NCBI GenBank assembly: GCA_963768055.1 | Contig: CAVYGN010000001.1 | Location: forward strand, 544,001-608,000 | Reading direction: 5' to 3' | DNA: 64,000 bases | Origin: an uncultured Spirochaetota bacterium | Lineage (GTDB): Bacteria > Spirochaetota > Brevinematia > Brevinematales > JAOACQ01 | Shown here: positions 58,507 to 64,000 of the stretch, in pieces | Layout: every line of letters starts with the position of its first letter | Position numbering within the stretch: the first letter of the stretch is position 1 | The notes under the pieces: model-generated | The model's input: only the letters and a program-made list of their open reading frames with translations | What the model was told of the DNA's origin: nothing | The model's database searches: none | Translations under genes and position numbers: made by a program

Positions 58507-58752
58507 ATGAGGATTTTAATTGTGGAAGATGAAAGGGACACACAGGAAGATTTTTCAATTTCCCTGAAGCCAACAGGTTATGAGATTGTTGAAACCGATA
58601 ACCCGAAAATAGCCCTGGCTTTATATATTAAATAAGGCTTTGAGCTGGTTATTTTAGACATTAGTGTGCAAGATATGAGGGGAATCAAATTACTGTCTGA
58701 ACTGCATGAATTAAAGCGGGAAAAACCGGATAAGCTATTCGATAATGCTTAA
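58507..58752 (+). pseudogene. Response-regulator receiver domain pseudogene
   Basis: AAGGAG RBS; MRILIVEDE...ALALYIK*GFELVILDISVQDMRGIKLL; internal TAA at 58633. Confidence 0.75.
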
Positions 58753-59329
58753 TAATAATGAAGGAGTTGACAAATGAGTTCGAGGAAAACGATCGGAGTA
58801 AGTATTAGTAAAAGTTACTTTATCGCCTATATTGAATCGGATGGCATTCATAAAATAATGACATACCCCGATAATAAAAATGGTATTAATAGTTTTTTGG
58901 ATGAACTGGATGACAATACGGTTATCGGGATAGAAAGACGCGGCCGGTTCGGCGCTTTTATTAAATCGATCAAGCATCTGATAAAAGAATATATATTGCT
59001 TTGTCATGAAGATTTTATTAGTTTTATCAGCCTTACAGACAAAGAAATTAACGAATAGGAGAAGGAGAAATGAGGAATTATGTTTTAATTTTAATCGCGA
59101 TGTTTACAATTAATCCGCTTTTTACTAAGCCGGTTTATTCAGAAGACAAAGACATTAAACTTGAAGATCATCAATCAAGCCTTAATGTGGATTTGATAAC
59201 TGTTCTTCAAAACCGTAAATCGACACGGGGGTTTACCGATAAGGAAATATCATTGAAAGATCTGTCCACAATCCTTTGGGCAGCAAATGGGATCAATCGT
59301 TATGATGGAAAAAGAACTGCTCCTTCACT
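58716..59329 (+). repeat. 614-bp direct repeat, copy 2 of 2416-3029
   Basis: Near-identical; ends 3 nt before the type-A element. Confidence 0.95.
58774..59058 (+). CDS. Second copy of the IS110-N-terminus-like 94-aa protein
   Basis: Differs from 2474-2758 at 4 residues. Confidence 0.45.
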   Translation: MSSRKTIGVSISKSYFIAYIESDGIHKIMTYPDNKNGINSFLDELDDNTVIGIERRGRFGAFIKSIKHLIKEYILLCHEDFISFISLTDKEINE

Positions 59330-59363
59330 AGGGCTCTTCCTCCCTCTGCTTTGCCTGCTATGA
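59070..59363 (+). pseudogene. 3'-truncated nitroreductase duplicate
   Basis: Matches the 2770 gene up to RTAPSL, then reads into the type-A repeat (GLFLPLLCLL*). Confidence 0.9.
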
Positions 59364-59373
59364 GGGATGGGGG
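59333..59373 (+). repeat. Type-A intergenic hairpin element
   Basis: GCTCTTCCTCCCTCTGCTTTGCCTGCTATGAGGGATGGGGG. Confidence 0.9.
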
Positions 59374-59398
59374 CGAGGATTTAGAAAAAAGAGGTTAT

Positions 59399-60550
59399 AT
59401 GAAAAGAATAATGATTTTGTTTATTTCAGGGGTTTTGAGTTTAATAACTTTCGAGCAATTGATGTCCGAAGATTTCATTTTAATTAAAGCGAATTCATTT
59501 AAAGGAAGCGCATACGACATAGGATTTAAAGAGGGTAAAGAAGTTATAAAAAATGAACCATTCTTTAAACAAGTTTTAAAAGCCAGCGTATTTACAAAAG
59601 CAACAGAAAGCAATTTTAATGAGGTTTCCAGACTGCTGAAAGAATTCGATGAAGATATTTTAGCTGAAATGAAAGGATTTTCTGATGCTTCTGATATTCC
59701 TTTTGAGGATATTGTGGTTAAATTAAGCGGATGGGGTATTACTAAGCCTGCAATACCTCATGGGTGCACACAAATAGCTATTTTACCAAATAAGACGTTT
59801 AACCATCATTTATTAGTTGGAAGAAATTATGATTATTCAGCCGATAAAAATTTAACAGATTTTAGCCTGGTTTTACTATACCCAGATACCTTTAAGTCTT
59901 CCATCGGAACTTCTCAATTTATTTTTGGGCGAATTGAGGGAATGAATAAGGATGGCTTATATGCAGGAATGTCATTTGCTCATGGCATAGGCAGAAATGA
60001 GAATGGATTTTTCTTTCCAATTATTATTAGAATGATTCTTGATAAATGCAAAGATACTAAAGAAGCTCTTGTGCTCATTAAAAAGATTCCTCATTCCTGT
60101 GCCTATAATTATCTAATTGCAGATAAAAATAATGCAGTTGCGGTTGAGGTAAGCCCCCCTAAAATTGCAATCAGATATCCTGAAAATAGTCTAATCGTTG
60201 TTGTAAATCATTATATCAAAGATGAAATGAAAACAGAGCAAAAATGGTTGATGCCCAATTCACAGAATAGATATAAACTTGCGATATCAAAACTAAACAA
60301 GGTAATTAATCTGGATGATTTAAAAATATTTTTATCAAGTCCTATTCCTAAAGGAGTATGTCAAAATTATTATAAAGATTATCTTGGCACTCTTTGGTCT
60401 GCTGTATTTGATTTGACTGATAACAAGGTCTATTATTCTTTTGGATCACCATCCTTAAATAATTATAATATAATTGATTTTAAAAATGGTGAAATATTAA
60501 ACAAAACAATTAAAGGAATTTTACCTGAGAATGAGCCACTTACAAATTAA
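59399..60550 (+). CDS. C45-family (Ntn-hydrolase) autoproteolytic acyltransferase/hydrolase
   Basis: GCTQIA (Cys nucleophile), GRNYDY, EGMNKDGL, YNYLIAD, TLWSAVFDL; signal-like N-terminus; GAGG RBS. Confidence 0.85.
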   Translation: MKRIMILFISGVLSLITFEQLMSEDFILIKANSFKGSAYDIGFKEGKEVIKNEPFFKQVLKASVFTKATESNFNEVSRLLKEFDEDILAEMKGFSDASDIPFEDIVVKLSGWGITKPAIPHGCTQIAILPNKTFNHHLLVGRNYDYSADKNLTDFSLVLLYPDTFKSSIGTSQFIFGRIEGMNKDGLYAGMSFAHGIGRNENGFFFPIIIRMILDKCKDTKEALVLIKKIPHSCAYNYLIADKNNAVAVEVSPPKIAIRYPENSLIVVVNHYIKDEMKTEQKWLMPNSQNRYKLAISKLNKVINLDDLKIFLSSPIPKGVCQNYYKDYLGTLWSAVFDLTDNKVYYSFGSPSLNNYNIIDFKNGEILNKTIKGILPENEPLTN

Positions 60551-60565
60551 TTTTCTTGTGGCATA

Positions 60566-60604
60566 GCTCTTCACCCTCTACTTTGCCTGCTATGAGGGAT
60601 GGAG
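60566..60604 (+). repeat. Type-A intergenic hairpin element
   Basis: GCTCTTCACCCTCTACTTTGCCTGCTATGAGGGATGGAG. Confidence 0.9.
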
Positions 60605-60652
60605 AAGAAAAGAGATTATTGAAATATAGAGTTATTTTATGGAGGGAATACC

Positions 60653-60985
60653 ATGTCTGAATTTCCAGATATCATTAAAGAACTACCCAATGCCGATATC
60701 CCGATAGACGGCTTATACTCCTATTTATTTCAAGGTGAAAACAAGCAAATTGTCTTTATGAAATTTGAAAAGGATGCTTTTGTTCCAGAGCATAAACATG
60801 AGGCTCAATGGGGCATTGTCTTAGAAGGTGAAACAATATTAGAATTTGAAGACAAAAAATTACTTTTAAAAAAAAGTGATGAATATTATATTCCAAAAGG
60901 TAAATTGCATAGTGCAAGGATAAAAGCAGGATATAAAGATATTACATTATTCAATCAGAATGATAGATATAAAAAGAAAAAGTAA
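60653..60985 (+). CDS. Cupin-domain protein
   Basis: VPEHKHEAQWGIVLEG, YYIPKGKLHSA. Confidence 0.9.
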   Translation: MSEFPDIIKELPNADIPIDGLYSYLFQGENKQIVFMKFEKDAFVPEHKHEAQWGIVLEGETILEFEDKKLLLKKSDEYYIPKGKLHSARIKAGYKDITLFNQNDRYKKKK

Positions 60986-61001
60986 GCTTCTTCTTTATCT
61001 G

Positions 61002-61091
61002 CCTTCCTTTTCCAGCCTGCCCTCCCATTGTTCAGCATTGCCAGACAAATGAATTTTTTAATAAAAGCGCCGGGAGGGGATAGAATAAGGG
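61002..61091 (+). repeat. Type-B intergenic element with TTAATA-N17-TAGAAT
   Basis: CCTTCCTTTTCCAGCCTGCCCTCCCATTGTTCAGCATTGCCAGACAAATGAATTTTTTAATAAAAGCGCCGGGAGGGGATAGAATAAGGG. Confidence 0.9.
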
Positions 61092-61112
61092 AATTACTGT
61101 AAGAAGGATAAA

Positions 61113-61463
61113 ATGAAAGATTTTCCTGATTTTATGAAGAATCCGAAAAATAAGATTAAACAAAGCTCTCAATTTACAAAAGACATTGAAGGCTTTGTTT
61201 TTGATGGCAAAGATGGTTCTCAAATGGCATTCTGGACTTCCTATGAAGATAGAGAATCGAAAGAGCACTGTCATAATTTCGATGAATATATGGTATGTAT
61301 TTATGGGCAATATAAAGTGAAAATGAATGGTGAAATTATAACCTTGAATCCTGGTGATGAATTATTTATCCCAAAAGGAACATTACAGAGCGGGGTATGT
61401 ATTAAAGGAACAAGGACTATTCATGCATTTGGTGCGAAAAGGGCTGAAAGGGAAGGAGAATAA
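61113..61463 (+). CDS. Cupin-domain protein
   Basis: EHCHNFDEYMVCIYG, LNPGDELFIPKGT. Confidence 0.9.
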   Translation: MKDFPDFMKNPKNKIKQSSQFTKDIEGFVFDGKDGSQMAFWTSYEDRESKEHCHNFDEYMVCIYGQYKVKMNGEIITLNPGDELFIPKGTLQSGVCIKGTRTIHAFGAKRAEREGE

Positions 61464-61474
61464 TTTGTTTTAAA

Positions 61475-61511
61475 GCTCTTCCCCCTCTGCTTTGCCTATG
61501 AGGGATGGGGA
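61475..61511 (+). repeat. Type-A intergenic hairpin element
   Basis: GCTCTTCCCCCTCTGCTTTGCCTATGAGGGATGGGGA. Confidence 0.9.
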
Positions 61512-61539
61512 ATAAGATTTCCGGATGAGGTTATTTATA

Positions 61540-61935
61540 ATGAATGCTTTTATTAATTGTGAAAGAATAGATGATTTGTTTGTCGAAAGACTAATAAATA
61601 ATTTAAAATTAGAAGGATTTATGGTATCAACATCGCCAAAAAATCCCATTGATGGTGAGGATATCAGATGGAATAATTGGTATAACTTTGGTATTGATGA
61701 GGCTTTACAAAATATAGATGTTTTCATCTCAATAATTACAGATTCATGGTCATCATCAACTTGGATGGCTATAGAGTGTGATACAGCAGAAAAATATTTT
61801 TTACAAAATAGTATTAAGAATATGTATTATATAGACTTACGAACCTCTAAATATATGCCAAAAGGGATGGAACAATATTTAAAAACGGAATTACCTAAAA
61901 ATTTTAATGAGATATTAAAAATTATCAAGGCATAA
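61540..61935 (+). CDS. Stand-alone TIR-like domain protein
   Basis: AFIN...DDLFVERL..NL..EG; IDEALQNIDVFISIIT..WSSSTWMAIE (S.W...E); alternative start at 61525. Confidence 0.6.
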   Translation: MNAFINCERIDDLFVERLINNLKLEGFMVSTSPKNPIDGEDIRWNNWYNFGIDEALQNIDVFISIITDSWSSSTWMAIECDTAEKYFLQNSIKNMYYIDLRTSKYMPKGMEQYLKTELPKNFNEILKIIKA

Positions 61936-61950
61936 TTTCATTTAATATTT

Positions 61951-62023
61951 CCCCTCCCTTTTCCAGCCTGCCATTCTCCATTGAATTTTTGATAAATCTG
62001 TGGTGAGGGGATAGAATAAGGGG
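61951..62023 (+). repeat. Type-B intergenic element with TTGATA-N17-TAGAAT
   Basis: CCCTTTTCCAGCCTGCCATTCTCCATTGAATTTTTGATAAATCTGTGGTGAGGGGATAGAATAAGGGG. Confidence 0.9.
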
Positions 62024-62090
62024 TAGTTAAGGTATAGTGAATTTATTGAGTAAAATCCCTTCAATCAATAAAAAAAATGAAGGTATATGA

Positions 62091-62771
62091 ATGGAAAAAT
62101 ATTTATCTGAAAAATATCTTAAAAATTTAATTCCGTCATGTTGCAAGATTGGATTTGCAAGTATTAATGATTATAATGAAATTGAGATAAGCTCATTAAC
62201 AAGTTTTTTGCCTGGAACTAAAACTATTATTGTCCTTTTCCATCATATTCAAAACTCATTGGAATGGTTATGGTATCCCTTTGAGAATGAAAGGGGTGAA
62301 AAAACATGCGGTGCGGACCAACATAGTCAGATTGTTCTCAATAAACTGAAGAATTATTTACAAAAAGAAGGGTATAATATTTCAGTATTACCTTATCCTG
62401 ATATATGCGGTGTAATGTTCAAGACAATTGCAACAAAAACATGTTTAGGAGAATTGGGAGAGAACTTTTTATTTATGAATAATGAATGGGGGCCTTGGAT
62501 TCATCTTCGGGTACTATTAACAAATGCTGAATTTTCATTTGAGCGCATTGAATTAATAAAGGCTTGCAATCATTGCGGTAATTGCCGTAAAGTATGCCCG
62601 GCTGATGCGATAAAGTCAAACTCATTCGATGGCATAAAATGCAGAGAAAGTATGCATAAAAGATCCGAAGAACTTGGTAAAAAACCATTTGTTTTTGAAT
62701 GTGAAATTTGCTTGCGTTCTTGTCCTATTGGAACTATTCCAGAAGAAGTAATTATTGATTATAAGAGATAA
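62091..62771 (+). CDS. Epoxyqueuosine-reductase/reductive-dehalogenase-like 4Fe-4S protein
   Basis: LGELGEN.L.MN.EWGPW..L..LLTN; CNHCGNCRKVCP; CEICLRSCP. Confidence 0.8.
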   Translation: MEKYLSEKYLKNLIPSCCKIGFASINDYNEIEISSLTSFLPGTKTIIVLFHHIQNSLEWLWYPFENERGEKTCGADQHSQIVLNKLKNYLQKEGYNISVLPYPDICGVMFKTIATKTCLGELGENFLFMNNEWGPWIHLRVLLTNAEFSFERIELIKACNHCGNCRKVCPADAIKSNSFDGIKCRESMHKRSEELGKKPFVFECEICLRSCPIGTIPEEVIIDYKR

Positions 62772-62796
62772 TATTGTTATTTATGATAGTTCGTTT

Positions 62797-62888
62797 CTTT
62801 CGCTCCTTTGCTTTGCCTGCCTTCCCCCTTTTTCAGCATTGCCAGACAAATGAAATTTTGATAAAAGTGCCAAGAGAGGATAGAATAA
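62797..62888 (+). repeat. Hybrid A/B intergenic element with TTGATA-N17-TAGAAT
   Basis: Type-A-like left arm CTCCTTTGCTTTGCCTGC joined to type-B right arm CAGCATTGCCAGACAAATGAAATTTTGATAAAAGTGCCAAGAGAGGATAGAATAA. Confidence 0.85.
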
Positions 62889-62956
62889 TAATGGGCAAGC
62901 CTTATATTGAGTTTAGTAAAAAGCTAGCAAGAAAATAATAAAGTAGGAGATTGGAT

Positions 62957-63643
62957 ATGCAAGGAAAAATAAAAACAAATGGAATATGTGCATATTGCAA
63001 AACCGAGATTCCTAAAAACGCTCATGCTATATTAAGCCACATTTCTAACTGTAAAAGCAAAGCCATATCAAAAAATGAAAGTCATATTAATTACATGATT
63101 TTATTGCTTGAAGGAAAATATAATCCTGATTACTGGATTGTTATAAAAGCCAAGCCTGAAATAACAATGAAAAAAGTTGATAAGTTTTTAAGAGACATTT
63201 GGGTTGAATGTTGTGATCATATGAGTTTGTTTTCCGATAAACATTCTAAAATTGGCATGACATGGAAATTAGATGAGGTATTTGAGAAAGGGTATAAAGT
63301 TGATTATATATATGATTTTGGTTCATCGACAGAAATTTCATTATCATTATTAGAAGAATCAGGGGATAAAGATGAAAAAGATATTCAGATACTTATGCGA
63401 AATAAAGAAATTGATTATAAATGTTCATATTGTAATAATAAGGCTGTAGAAATTTGTCCTTTTTGTTTATATGAAGATAAAGGTTTCTTATGTAAATCCT
63501 GTATTAAAGAGCATAAATGTATAAAAAATGAAGGAGAAGATATCCTTTTACCTATTGTAAATTCTCCAAGATCTGGAGAATGTGGATATACAGGTTATTT
63601 GGATAAAGATGTTAAAAAGTATTTTCCAAGGGAAATAATTTAG
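62957..63643 (+). CDS. pRiA4b ORF-3-like protein with Cys/His zinc-binding motifs
   Basis: CAYC...HISNC, LRDIWVECCDHMS.F, YIYDFGSST, NSPRSGECGY. Confidence 0.75.
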   Translation: MQGKIKTNGICAYCKTEIPKNAHAILSHISNCKSKAISKNESHINYMILLLEGKYNPDYWIVIKAKPEITMKKVDKFLRDIWVECCDHMSLFSDKHSKIGMTWKLDEVFEKGYKVDYIYDFGSSTEISLSLLEESGDKDEKDIQILMRNKEIDYKCSYCNNKAVEICPFCLYEDKGFLCKSCIKEHKCIKNEGEDILLPIVNSPRSGECGYTGYLDKDVKKYFPREII

Positions 63644-63681
63644 AAGAACATTGAAATCTTCAATTAGTAATAGGTTTATTC

Positions 63682-63756
63682 TTCCATTTCCAGCTTTTAT
63701 GCTAACCATTTTGGAAAATTTGCCAGACAAATATGGACGGGATTAGAATAATTGGG
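63682..63756 (+). repeat. Degenerate type-B element
   Basis: TTCCATTTCCAGC...TGCCAGACAAAT...TGGACGGGATTAGAATAATTGGG. Confidence 0.6.
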
Positions 63757-63770
63757 ATCTGAGTTTTTAA

Positions 63771-63870
63771 ATGGATTTAAAATTATAAATATATGATTTT
63801 GACGGAACTATAAATAAATGAGATTCCGCGATTGATTTATGGTTTTTTATACTATGGAAAGAGCCTTAAT
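63771..63870 (+). pseudogene. HAD-family hydrolase pseudogene fragment
   Basis: MDLKL*IYDFDGTINK*DSAIDLWFFILWKEP*: DxDGT motif interrupted by stops. Confidence 0.55.
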
Positions 63871-64000
63871 TAGGACAGACGAACAAGAACTATCAAACTG
63901 TATAAAAAATAGAATTTAATTTTTAAGTTGATATTGTGGTGGATTATGCTGGAAACCATGAATGAATTGGGAAAAAAAAGGGTGCCATTTCTATTCATTA

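Noticed and set aside
2416..59329. Composite transposon bounded by the 614-bp repeats
   Set aside because: The repeats have no terminal inverted repeats or full transposase and include part of a nitroreductase gene; better explained as a segmental duplication.
59333..61511. Type-A elements as simple rho-independent terminators
   Set aside because: Stems are imperfect with long loops and no U-tract on the sense strand, and one copy sits at a mid-gene breakpoint. Not fully excluded.
62091..62771. queG gene symbol
   Set aside because: Short QueG-like Fe-S family member; true epoxyqueuosine reductase activity cannot be inferred.
59333..63756. CRISPR array interpretation of the A/B repeats
   Set aside because: Units are separated by whole genes (0.4-1.2 kb), vary in sequence and length, and no cas genes are present.
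59333..63756. Canonical integron attC sites
   Set aside because: No RYYYAAC/GTTRRRY ends were seen and there is no IntI in the window; kept only as an architectural analogy pending a model search.

Overview
Bacterial accessory region; the host is probably diderm, since it encodes TonB/ExbBD and a TonB-dependent receptor. All family assignments come from motif recognition by eye, not database searches. No intact tRNA, rRNA, CRISPR array or integrase was seen. From left to right: (1) a 5'-truncated glycosyltransferase/methyltransferase/MiaB-like radical SAM fusion gene, an IS110-like mini-ORF and a nitroreductase; (2) a PadR-methyltransferase pair and a GH5/GH51/sugar-ABC operon; (3) small stress-type genes and gene fragments (11-16 kb); (4) a ~24 kb block between two identical 14-bp tRNA-Ser-3'-end-like repeats (16340, 40199), carrying decaying toxin-antitoxin modules, a type I restriction-modification locus with frameshifted hsdR, an MsbA-like ABC transporter and a 9-gene lipid-modification operon built around a PEP-utilising dikinase-like enzyme; (5) an integrase-less phage-satellite-like element with XRE, Xis, Panacea TA, primase-helicase, an attenuator-like hairpin and an iteron origin; (6) an OmpR/kinase pair whose probable 11-bp-period boxes precede itself, a TonB cluster and an efflux pair; (7) a 614-bp duplicate of 2416-3029 that breaks off at the first unit of the most striking feature. 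That feature is a co-oriented array of unrelated single genes (59.3-63.9 kb) in which every intergenic gap holds a member of one repeat family: a hairpin type A or a promoter-carrying type B, sharing a GCCTGC core. Further copies lie at 11.3, 37.8 and 39.4 kb. It looks like a gene-cassette system without canonical attC sites.
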